Made by a program: the position numbers and the translations under genes
Source of the DNA: Bacteroidales bacterium
GTDB lineage: Bacteria; Bacteroidota; Bacteroidia; Bacteroidales; GCA-2748055
Length of the DNA stretch: 64,000 nucleotides
Assembly: GCA_029931975.1 (NCBI GenBank)
Contig: JAOZQY010000001.1
Coordinates: forward strand, 24,003 to 88,002
Direction of reading: 5' to 3'
Part shown: positions 40,263 to 48,813 of the stretch, one piece after another
Layout: every line of letters begins with the position of its first letter
Position numbering within the stretch: the stretch's first letter is position 1
The notes under the pieces: model-generated
Seen by the model: the letters and a program-made list of their open reading frames with translations, nothing else
What the model was told of the DNA's origin: nothing
Databases searched by the model: none

Positions 40263-43200
40263 TTAACTTCCTGGGGGCCTCTTTCTCTTCAGACTGCCAG
40301 AATATACAATAAGCTTTTGTAATACACTATACCTTAAGAGAAGGTAAAGGATCAGTGTCATTAACCAAATGGCCGAAAGATTAAAGTAGAGTGTGGGTAT
40401 CTGCCAGTTTCCCACGAGCTTGACAGATGCATAAAAATGGGCACGACCATTCCTTTTGACGGGATAGGTGTAGACCGGGTCCATTTTGCTAAGAAGTAAG
40501 CCATCTCTTTTAACTAACTTGTGCAGATCATTTCGGTTTAAGACCAATTGAGCCAATTGTTCATTATAATAGCTTCTTTTCAACTGAATATATGCCTCCA
40601 GTCCCCCGGTAACCATCATCAGAGAATCAATCAGATTATCTTTTTCCCGGGTAAGCCTGTCCCGGTGCAGACGAAGTGCAGACTGGTAATTGTGCAGCCA
40701 TTGGATAATATCCTTACCAGCTTCTGCAGAGAAGTGATCCTGGTTGATGTATTCTGGATGCGGGTAAGGTGTGGTCAGAAAAATGGAGGAGAGGGCATTG
40801 TCAATGGTCTGAAGATACCCTGATAAGGCCTGATCATCAGGATTGGTCTGTTGTAAAGCAACGGCATCCTCTATCTCTTGTGTTAGTCTGGGAATAAGGA
40901 ATTGCATATCGTAGGTAATATTGCTCTCTAATCTTTCAATATCATAGAGTGGCTTCTGGTATGCATTATTCATAAACTGATTGACCGACAGGGCTTCATA
41001 AGCCCATCGGCTGGCCATCAAATCACCTGGAAAGGGGACCACCTGAGTGGTTGTAAATTTGTAATGGAGCTTGTCAAATTTTACGATAACACCGGCCAGG
41101 AGAATCTGGGGTACCAAGAGAAACGGAACTATAACATAGATGGCAACCGCAGATTTCAGACCATCAGAAATAAGAAGTCCAAGCATATTAGCAAAACATG
41201 CTGTAGAGAAGAGGATCAGCCAATAAGAGAAGCTCAGTCCACGGATCTCCATAATAAAGTTGCCAACTATCACAAACATCAGCATCTGGATGCCGGACAG
41301 GATAAATAACAGGGAGATCTTGGAAAATAGATAGGCTGTCCTGCTCAGGTGGAGAAATGATTCCCGCTCCTGGATTCTACGGTCTCGGTGGATCTCTTCA
41401 GCAGCGATAATCAGTCCGAGAAAAAGCGCCACAATTACACTCATAAACAGATAGGCCGGGAGGTTTTCATTCTGACTGAAAATGTAGAGGTGTGGGTCTT
41501 GTTCATTACCGGAAACATATTTTGAGAAGAATCCAAGAATAAGCGCCAGAAAGGGAGCCACAAGTAGTGCCATGGACATAAACTGCCGATCGGCCAGCTT
41601 TGAAAGCAGGTTCCTTGTAAAGAAGATCTGACATTGTCGCAATGCCCCTGGAATCATGAATTTAATTGATGGGATATCCTTTTTTTCAGTATTGAATTCC
41701 TGTCCCTTCTCAATCTTTTCCAAATATGTGGAGTACCATTCAGGAGGAGAAGACTTGCGCTGTGTTGTATAAGCTCCATATTCATCCACATCTTTGGCCT
41801 CAATCACTCCAAGTATGTCGTTTGGATTAACATTTCCGCAAGTCGGGCATTCACTTTCAGCAGCATCTACCCTTCCGGCCAGTTTTTTGAAGTAAGTGAT
41901 TCCATCAATCGGATTTCCTGAATAGACCGGGTATCCTCCTCTGTCGAGTACAATAAGGTGATCAAATTGCTTGAACAGTTCGGAGGAGGGCTGGTGTATG
42001 GTTGAAACGACCAGCTTTCCTTTGAGTGTCTGTTCTTTTAGCAAAGCAATCACATGTTCAGAATCGGTTGAGGAGAGTCCAGATGTGGGTTCATCCACAA
42101 AAAGAATTTGGGGCTCACGAATCAATTCGAGGGCAATATTTAGTCGTTTTCGCTGACCTCCACTGATGTACTTATTAAGAGGGGATCCTACTTTTAAGCT
42201 TTTAGCATCGCTAAGATCCAGTTCCTTAAGAAGCTTTTCGACTGCATTATTAATCTCTTCAGAAGTGTGTCCATCCAAACATAATTTTGCATTGAACAGA
42301 AGATTCTGCTCAACTGTCAGTTCCTCAATCAACAGGTCGTCCTGTGGAATGTATCCGATCATTCCATCAAGCTCACCGCTTTTTTTATGAAGGTTGCGGC
42401 CATTGATATAAATACCTCCTGATTGTGGTTTCAGCTCTCCATTCAATACCTTCAAAAGGGTTGATTTGCCAGCTCCGCTTCCTCCCATGATTCCTACCAG
42501 TTGGCCGGATCGGCCCATAAAGCTGAATTTCTTAATTCCGTGAGTTGAATTCCTGAATTGGTACTTTATCTCCTTGGCGCAGAAATTGATTGATTTTGTC
42601 TTGATGTCCTGGAAATACCTGGATACAATTTCAGAGTAATAGATGGGAGAGATGCCCTCACTTCGTATAGAACCACCCCGGGAAAAAATATATACATGTT
42701 TTGGGAAAATATATTTCTCATTGTTTAGTAGTTTTGCTTTTCCGATATACTGGAACATGTATATGTCAGCTCGTTGTATGGTAAAGAATAAGATTTGTCC
42801 GGAAAGTCCATTTTTCTGAATATGCTTGATGTTTCCATCCATGAAATCAGGGTCATCACTAACAATAAGCAAACTCTCCTTCCCGGGGACCTGATAGAAC
42901 TTATCCTTGATAAAGGCCGAGCAATTCTCAAACTCTTTGTCGGTGATCAACAGGCCACTGGCTATTGTGCGAACTGAATCAGAGATAGTACCGGAAAATC
43001 CAGTGCCTGACATTCCTGCATCTGAAAAATATTTGGTAAATCTTATTAAGCTTATGAGGATCATAAACCGTTGGGAGATATGCAGCTCATCGACAATTTG
43101 TTTACAGATCCCCAGTATTTTCACCGACCAGGCAGAGATTTTCTTTTCTTTCTGGTCACTACCCACCAGCTCCATCTCACTGGCATACTGATCAAAGATC

Positions 43201-43349
43201 AGTAAGTATTTTTCTGTCAGGGATTTACTGAATTGCCGGGTAAGATAAGTCTCTACAAAATTCCTTGCAAGGAGATACATAGCTCCCCTGTTGATGTTCA
43301 CCATAATGGCAAACAAACGCATCAAGGAATTGAGCATGGAATCATTCAT
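40263..43349 (-). CDS. Fused ABC ATPase/ABC-2-type permease with TerB-like N-terminal region and long C-terminal extension
   Basis: Walker A GGSGAGKST (42462-42491), Q-loop IPQDD, signature ISGGQRKR, Walker B ILFVDEPTSG, H-loop STIHQPS. About six hydrophobic helices lie between residues ~585 and ~760, followed by a ~230-aa hydrophilic region and a final TM helix (~985-1010). 1028 aa. Confidence 0.85.
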   Translation of the reverse strand: MNDSMLNSLMRLFAIMVNINRGAMYLLARNFVETYLTRQFSKSLTEKYLLIFDQYASEMELVGSDQKEKKISAWSVKILGICKQIVDELHISQRFMILISLIRFTKYFSDAGMSGTGFSGTISDSVRTIASGLLITDKEFENCSAFIKDKFYQVPGKESLLIVSDDPDFMDGNIKHIQKNGLSGQILFFTIQRADIYMFQYIGKAKLLNNEKYIFPKHVYIFSRGGSIRSEGISPIYYSEIVSRYFQDIKTKSINFCAKEIKYQFRNSTHGIKKFSFMGRSGQLVGIMGGSGAGKSTLLKVLNGELKPQSGGIYINGRNLHKKSGELDGMIGYIPQDDLLIEELTVEQNLLFNAKLCLDGHTSEEINNAVEKLLKELDLSDAKSLKVGSPLNKYISGGQRKRLNIALELIREPQILFVDEPTSGLSSTDSEHVIALLKEQTLKGKLVVSTIHQPSSELFKQFDHLIVLDRGGYPVYSGNPIDGITYFKKLAGRVDAAESECPTCGNVNPNDILGVIEAKDVDEYGAYTTQRKSSPPEWYSTYLEKIEKGQEFNTEKKDIPSIKFMIPGALRQCQIFFTRNLLSKLADRQFMSMALLVAPFLALILGFFSKYVSGNEQDPHLYIFSQNENLPAYLFMSVIVALFLGLIIAAEEIHRDRRIQERESFLHLSRTAYLFSKISLLFILSGIQMLMFVIVGNFIMEIRGLSFSYWLILFSTACFANMLGLLISDGLKSAVAIYVIVPFLLVPQILLAGVIVKFDKLHYKFTTTQVVPFPGDLMASRWAYEALSVNQFMNNAYQKPLYDIERLESNITYDMQFLIPRLTQEIEDAVALQQTNPDDQALSGYLQTIDNALSSIFLTTPYPHPEYINQDHFSAEAGKDIIQWLHNYQSALRLHRDRLTREKDNLIDSLMMVTGGLEAYIQLKRSYYNEQLAQLVLNRNDLHKLVKRDGLLLSKMDPVYTYPVKRNGRAHFYASVKLVGNWQIPTLYFNLSAIWLMTLILYLLLRYSVLQKLIVYSGSLKRKRPPGS

Positions 43350-44460
43350 TTGGGAGAACCATTTTCATTTTCCCTTTACCTTCTTTCGATTTTTCAAATA
43401 TTAAACTACCGTCATGGGCTTCCATGATGATCTGGGAAACCGCCAATCCTATTCCCATGGTAAGGTTCAGGGAAAAATTATTGCTTGAAAACTGATCAAT
43501 CAAAATACTGAACAGGGTCTCAGAATAGTTATTTCCCCCATCTTCCACCAGGCACTCCATCGTTCCGTTTAAGTTTGAGGAAGTGATGGTAATCTCTCCA
43601 TTTTCCGGGGTGTGTTCCTTTGCGAAATGGATCAGGTTTACCAGGCAACTCACCAGCAAATCAGAATCTCCTTTTAGCTGGTGGGCATCTGTGCCCACAT
43701 GTATATTTAGTTTGATATCCAGTTCCTTCAGTTCTTCACTGGTCTCGATGGTGCTATACTGAATGACCTCTTGTATGGAAATCGGCTGTTTTTCCAATGA
43801 GAATCCCGGGGATTTTAAAATGGAGATCTGCTGGGCCAGCATGGAGAACTGCTCCAGTTTAAATACCGATTTATCGAGGATATTGACCACTTCGGTGAGT
43901 TCATCTCCTTCAATTTTACTCTTCAACAAGTGCAGTGTTCCCATCATTCGGTTCAGTGGAGGCGTGATTTCATTGCTGATGGAGTTGATGATTTCGGACT
44001 TTAAGCCGTCCATGTTTAACAATTCGGCATTCATTTTCTCAAGCTCTTCCAGAATTTGTTGATTTTTCTTTTTCAGGTGGAAGACTTCAACAGAATTCAT
44101 TATTGTAGCTCTGACTTCATCAGACTGAAAGGGCTTTTTAATGTATCCATGAACACGGCCAACGTTAACCGCATCAATTACTGTTTCTGCTTCAGTAAAG
44201 GCGGTTAAAAGGTACCTCCGGATATCGGGATATTTCTCTGCGACAATTTCCAATAATTCGATTCCAGTCATCTCCGGCATTCGCTGGTCGGAAACAATTA
44301 CCTGGATTTCTTTTTCCTCAAGAATTTTTAGAGCCTCACGAGGGAATTCGGTCAGAGTAATATCGAAGTCTTTTTTGAAAGTTTCCTTGAACAACATCAG
44401 GTTCACAGGAACATCATCCACATACAGTACAACAGGTTTTTCCTGGTCCATGGCAAGCAA
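43342..44460 (-). CDS. Receiver domain fused to a degenerate histidine-kinase-like domain
   Basis: REC motifs: YVDDV, VIVSDQRMPEMTG, LLTAF, KKPF. The H-box-like segment reads SEIINSISNEITPPLN (Asn where His is expected). The N-box-like segment reads LVNLIHFAKEHT (Phe where Asn is expected). The G2-like segment is MGIGLAV. The stop overlaps the ABC gene start by 8 nt (ATGAATGA). Confidence 0.8.
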   Translation of the reverse strand: MLAMDQEKPVVLYVDDVPVNLMLFKETFKKDFDITLTEFPREALKILEEKEIQVIVSDQRMPEMTGIELLEIVAEKYPDIRRYLLTAFTEAETVIDAVNVGRVHGYIKKPFQSDEVRATIMNSVEVFHLKKKNQQILEELEKMNAELLNMDGLKSEIINSISNEITPPLNRMMGTLHLLKSKIEGDELTEVVNILDKSVFKLEQFSMLAQQISILKSPGFSLEKQPISIQEVIQYSTIETSEELKELDIKLNIHVGTDAHQLKGDSDLLVSCLVNLIHFAKEHTPENGEITITSSNLNGTMECLVEDGGNNYSETLFSILIDQFSSNNFSLNLTMGIGLAVSQIIMEAHDGSLIFEKSKEGKGKMKMVLPNE

Positions 44461-44601
44461 CAGTTAATAGGTTGAGTTGATATTGCAATATAATTCAATT
44501 TCGTGTGTATTTTACGCTTGATTAGAGATATAATTGTTAAAAACTTTCCTGCGGCCTGCAGTGATTTAACCCTTGAGTGCTTCGAAAGCCAAAACTTTTA
44601 A

Positions 44602-44871
44602 CTTTTTGTTAGGTTTTTTGAAAGGGGTTTTATTAGTTTGCTTGGACCTGGCGGTATTCATACCCTCAAGGTTCTTCCAATGAACGGGAGCCGGGTCTCT
44701 TCTATGGGGGTGGATGCCCCGGGTTCTTATCAAATCGATTTGGCCGAATTTGAGCAAGGGAGCTATCTCATTCAGGTGGACAGCGACCAGGAATTCACCT
44801 CGCAAATAATCATCAAGCAATATATATTTCTTGCAAGTGGATGCATATTCTTTTCCAGATATAGGCTGTGA
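44602..44871 (+). pseudogene. Orphan fragment resembling the C-terminal sorting domain of a type IX secretion substrate
   Basis: The stop-to-stop frame encodes LKVLPMNGSRVSSMGVDAPGSYQIDLAEFEQGSYLIQVDSDQEFTSQIIIKQ. This matches the usual CTD pattern (x-V-x-D-x-x-G-R-x-V ... G-x-Y-x-I-D-L-S-x-L-x-x-G-x-Y-L-I-x-V ... K-I-I-K-Q). There is no upstream cargo domain. Confidence 0.45.
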
Positions 44872-45289
44872 TCGCATCATTTGCATACGATCAAATGATG
44901 CAATCACCATGGTTTTGTAGGACAACATGGCCGAAGTACTTTTGTGCCGTAATGAGATTTACCCGATCTGGGATTTAAGCAAACAGATAAGCATTATCCC
45001 CAGAGTTTTGGATTACCCTTTTGGGGAAATCTGATTCTGGGAGTCCATGTATCTTATGGCAGGGAGCAGTTGCCAGAAATGTGTAAATACGCCCAGCTCA
45101 TTCCCGCGATGGGTACCCGGTGTAAGGTAAAGCATGAAAACATGTGAAGTTTCCAGTACCAGGAATACGATTCTGTGGGAAGTAATAAAAAGCAAAAAAA
45201 TGATGTTGATAAGCACATGATTCACCTTCATTCGGTGTGTGATTAATATCTAATTTCACAGGCATTAATATACCAAAGGAGATAGTGAT

Positions 45290-46795
45290 ATGAGAGATCT
45301 GGAAGTTTTAATGAATCCAAACAAGATGGTAAAGCATCTTCAGAAACCGGCCCGTGAGTTTACAAAATACGACATCATTAAGTTCATTGGTGATCATCAT
45401 ATTGAAATGCTCAACTTCCGTTATGTGGGTGAAGATGGAAAATTGAAAACACTCAATTTTGTCATTACCAGTAAAGACTATCTGGAGTCGATTTTATCGA
45501 CCGGAGAGCGTGTTGACGGATCCAGCTTGTTCTCTTATATCGATGCGCAATCCAGTGATTTGTATGTCATACCCAGGTTTCGGACAGCATTTGTCAATCC
45601 TTTTACAGAGCAACCCACACTGGATATTTTATGTTCGTTTTACACAAGGGATGGAAAACCGCTAGAAAGTGCTCCCGAGTATATCCTGAAAAAAGCATCC
45701 AGGCTGTTTACTGAAGAAACCGGCTATACTTTCAAAGCGATGGGCGAATTGGAATATTACATTATCAGTGAGAAAAAAGACCTGTACCCTGCAAGGGATC
45801 AGAGAGGTTATCATACTGCAGCCCCTTTTACCAATTGGGAAAGTCTGAGGTTGGAAGCTTTACAGATTATTGCTCAAAGCGGTGGGAAGGTAAAGTATGG
45901 GCATTCCGAGGTTGGTAACTTTACTACCGATACCCATATGTATGAGCAACATGAAATAGAGTTTAATCCTGTTGAGGCTGAAGAAGCTGTGGAGCAATTG
46001 ATCATTGCCAAATGGATATTGAGAATGCTGGGGCAGAAATATGGAGTGACTATTAGTTTTGCCCCGAAAATCACTGTCGGGAAGGCAGGCAGTGGTTTAC
46101 ATATACATTTTCTGGCTGAAAAAGATGGCATTAACCACATGGCTGATGATAATGGCTTAAGCGATACAGCGAAAAAAATTATTGCAGGCATTTTGGATAA
46201 AGCGCAGTCCTTAACTGCATTTGGAAATACAATCCCCACTTCCTACTTAAGACTGGTACCCCACCAGGAGGCCCCCACTAAGGTGTGTTGGGGCGACAGC
46301 AACAGATCCGTCTTGGTACGGGTCCCATTGGGGTGGATAGCTAAAACCAACATGATTAAAGACGTCAATCCTCAGGAAAGAGGAGAAGTGCCTTATATTC
46401 CCGGGAAGCAAACGGTTGAATTCAGAGTGCCTGATGGCTCGGCCGATTTGTATCACCTGATGGCCGCCATGATACTTGCATCAAAAGAGGGATTGCTTTC
46501 AAAGGATTCCTTAAAAAGAGCCGAGGACTTATACATCAATGTGAATATTTTCAAACCTGAGCACAAAGAAGTCCTGAGCGGTTTAACCGCCTTACCTGCC
46601 TCCTGTCATGAATCTGCAGGCTATCTGGAGAATGATGCGGACTTCTACCAGCAAGACGGTGTGTTTCCTAAAGGGGCCATTGATAATTTCATAAAAAAAT
46701 TACAATCCTTTGATGATCAATCCTTAAGTAAAAGGCTATTGGGCAAAACTGAAGAAGTGAAAAAGATGGTTGATCAGTATATACACTGTATGTAA
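45290..46795 (+). CDS. glnA: Glutamine synthetase (about 500-aa type)
   Basis: N-terminal beta-grasp region (IEMLNFRYVGEDGKLK) and catalytic-domain motifs KYGHSEVG and SGLHIHF. Confidence 0.8.
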   Translation: MRDLEVLMNPNKMVKHLQKPAREFTKYDIIKFIGDHHIEMLNFRYVGEDGKLKTLNFVITSKDYLESILSTGERVDGSSLFSYIDAQSSDLYVIPRFRTAFVNPFTEQPTLDILCSFYTRDGKPLESAPEYILKKASRLFTEETGYTFKAMGELEYYIISEKKDLYPARDQRGYHTAAPFTNWESLRLEALQIIAQSGGKVKYGHSEVGNFTTDTHMYEQHEIEFNPVEAEEAVEQLIIAKWILRMLGQKYGVTISFAPKITVGKAGSGLHIHFLAEKDGINHMADDNGLSDTAKKIIAGILDKAQSLTAFGNTIPTSYLRLVPHQEAPTKVCWGDSNRSVLVRVPLGWIAKTNMIKDVNPQERGEVPYIPGKQTVEFRVPDGSADLYHLMAAMILASKEGLLSKDSLKRAEDLYINVNIFKPEHKEVLSGLTALPASCHESAGYLENDADFYQQDGVFPKGAIDNFIKKLQSFDDQSLSKRLLGKTEEVKKMVDQYIHCM

Positions 46796-46890
46796 GAATT
46801 CAGGCATGTGCAGCCCCGGAATAATTATCTGGTCTCCTTCTCTTTTCATCTCTCCAATGGAGAGATTCATCAAGCCCTGACCGTTCTTTG

Positions 46891-46963
46891 AGCCTCTCAG
46901 GGGACTCGAACCCCCGACCTGTTCATTACGAATGAACTGCTCTGCCAGCTGAGCTAAAGAGGC
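46891..46963 (-). tRNA. tRNA-Thr (anticodon CGU)
   Basis: Folded by hand into a 73-nt cloverleaf: acceptor GCCTCTT/GAGAGGC, D arm GCTC-AGCTGGCA-GAGC, anticodon arm GTTCA-TTCGTAA-TGAAC, variable AGGTC, T arm GGGGG-TTCGAGT-CCCCT. CCA is not encoded. Confidence 0.9.
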
Positions 46964-47001
46964 ATAAGAAATTGCAGCAAACTGTAAGTATTTACTGCTA
47001 C

Positions 47002-48201
47002 TTATTTGGGCAAACCAAAGTTGTCTACTACAAAATCAATGTCTTTATCACCCCGTCCACTTAAATTAACCAGTATGGATTTTTGTGGCTGCTCTTTTGC
47101 TACTTTTAATGCATATGCCACAGCATGAGCGCTTTCAAGTGCAGGAATAATCCCTTCCAGTCGACTTAATTCGTAAAAGGCATCAATGGCTTCTTTGTCA
47201 TTAATAATATCGTAGTTAACCGAATTTAAGTCTTTTAGCATACTGTGCTCCGGACCAACTCCGGGATAATCCAGCCCACTGGCAACAGAGTAAACTGGTG
47301 TGGGTTCTCCTTTTTCATCCTGTAAGAGGTAACACTTAAAACCATGTATTATGCCTGGTTTTCCAAATTTCATTGTGGCGGCATGTTCACCAAGTTCCAG
47401 GGAGCGCCCGGATGGTTCGACACCATGCAGTTGGCATTCTTCGTCATCCAGAAATGCTGAGAATATTCCCATCGCATTACTTCCTCCACCTACACAGGCA
47501 ATTACATTATCCGGTAGTTCTCCGGTCATATCCAGATACTGTTCGCGGGCTTCAATTCCAACTATACGCTGAAAATCGCGAACCAACATAGGAAAGGGAT
47601 GGGGACCTACCACTGAGCCAATACAGTATAAGGTACTAACAGGATCTTTGAGATATGCTTCGAAGGCTGAATCTACTGCTTCTTTCAAGGTTTTTAAGCC
47701 ATGAGTAACAGGTACAATTTTGGCTCCCAGTATTTTCATACGTACAACATTTGGGTGCTGTTTTGCAATATCAACTTCGCCCATATGTATTTCGCACTCT
47801 AAGCCAAAATATGCTGCTGCAGTAGCCAGCGCCACACCGTGTTGACCTGCGCCGGTTTCTGCAATTAATTTCTCCTTGCCCAGGTGCTTGGCAAGCAGAG
47901 CTTCACCCATACAATGATTTAGCTTATGAGCTCCTGAATGATTTAAATCTTCGCGTTTTAAATAAATGCGACCTCCATATTTTTCAGACAAACGTGCACA
48001 ATAGTACACCGGAGTTGGTCGTCCCTGGTAATGTTTACGTATACTTCGAAGTTCCTGAATAAAGTTGTGAGACTTACTAATGGTGTGATAGGCATCAGTT
48101 ATTATTTTCATTTCAGCTTCCAGAGCCGGCGGAATAAATGCGCCACCATATGCTTGGAAGAACCCTTCCTTATTCGGATATTTTTTGAAATAATTACTCA
48201 T
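47002..48201 (-). CDS. trpB: Tryptophan synthase beta-chain-like PLP enzyme (no other trp genes in window)
   Basis: [28 protein letters not shown] (PLP lysine), [19 protein letters not shown]. Confidence 0.85.
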   Translation of the reverse strand: MSNYFKKYPNKEGFFQAYGGAFIPPALEAEMKIITDAYHTISKSHNFIQELRSIRKHYQGRPTPVYYCARLSEKYGGRIYLKREDLNHSGAHKLNHCMGEALLAKHLGKEKLIAETGAGQHGVALATAAAYFGLECEIHMGEVDIAKQHPNVVRMKILGAKIVPVTHGLKTLKEAVDSAFEAYLKDPVSTLYCIGSVVGPHPFPMLVRDFQRIVGIEAREQYLDMTGELPDNVIACVGGGSNAMGIFSAFLDDEECQLHGVEPSGRSLELGEHAATMKFGKPGIIHGFKCYLLQDEKGEPTPVYSVASGLDYPGVGPEHSMLKDLNSVNYDIINDKEAIDAFYELSRLEGIIPALESAHAVAYALKVAKEQPQKSILVNLSGRGDKDIDFVVDNFGLPK

Positions 48202-48471
48202 ACTAAGCTTTCTTTATAATTTGTTTTTACGATCAAGATAACTGATCATTTACATTGGAATATGGGGGATTATGATTGCGGGTCTTTTTTTACAATCCCA
48301 AAACTAGAAATTACTTCCCAATTACCCAATTATTTTACTGAACATTAAAATAAAGCGAACCAAATACGATTATCAGACTCAATTAGGGCAACTCAAGCTT
48401 ATTCTTCTTCGGGACTAATATGCGCAGGGGCCTTGACCTGTTCTTCAAATTGAGAGAAAGATGGATGATCT

Positions 48472-48796
48472 CTAATCTTTAAGACAGCGAACTGAAGCAC
48501 CGTCTCCTTTTGGCAGGCCGTAACGGGTAAATTCTGCTTTGGCTGAATATAATGCCCAGGAATCCCCGATATCGTTATCAAGGTCTTCTGTAGTCCAGAA
48601 ATAAGTCATAAACCCAACAATCACTGTTGGTGTTAAAAGCCATATTTTCACTCATCCACCACTGATCCCCTATTTATATGGTAAGGTATTCATGACCATC
48701 CCTGCTATCGGAAAAAGAGCCTGTTTCCTGGGAATATGAGAGTGTACAAACAATAGCACAAATTGCGAATACCATAATCAAATGCTTTTTAGTCAA
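48472..48796 (-). pseudogene. Remnant of a FISH-domain (Fibrobacter succinogenes major paralogous domain) lipoprotein gene
   Basis: Signal peptide then FSDSRDGHEYLTI-TAA-IGDQWWMSENMAF, with the in-frame stop at 48676-48674. A different frame encodes ...FWTTEDL...GASVRCLKD-stop, the usual C-terminal end of the domain. The central YG.LY.W / CP.GW.LP part is missing. Confidence 0.55.
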
Positions 48797-48813
48797 TCTT
48801 ATGACAAAGGTTT

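Noticed and set aside
46796-46890. Genomic-island signature at tRNA-Thr (integrase, att-like direct repeat of the tRNA 3' end), plus the hairpin ATCTCTCC-AAT-GGAGAGAT at 46848-46866
   Set aside because: No integrase or recombinase ORF lies nearby, and I found no repeat of the tRNA 3' end by eye. The hairpin lacks a T tract on either strand, so I do not call it a terminator or an att site.
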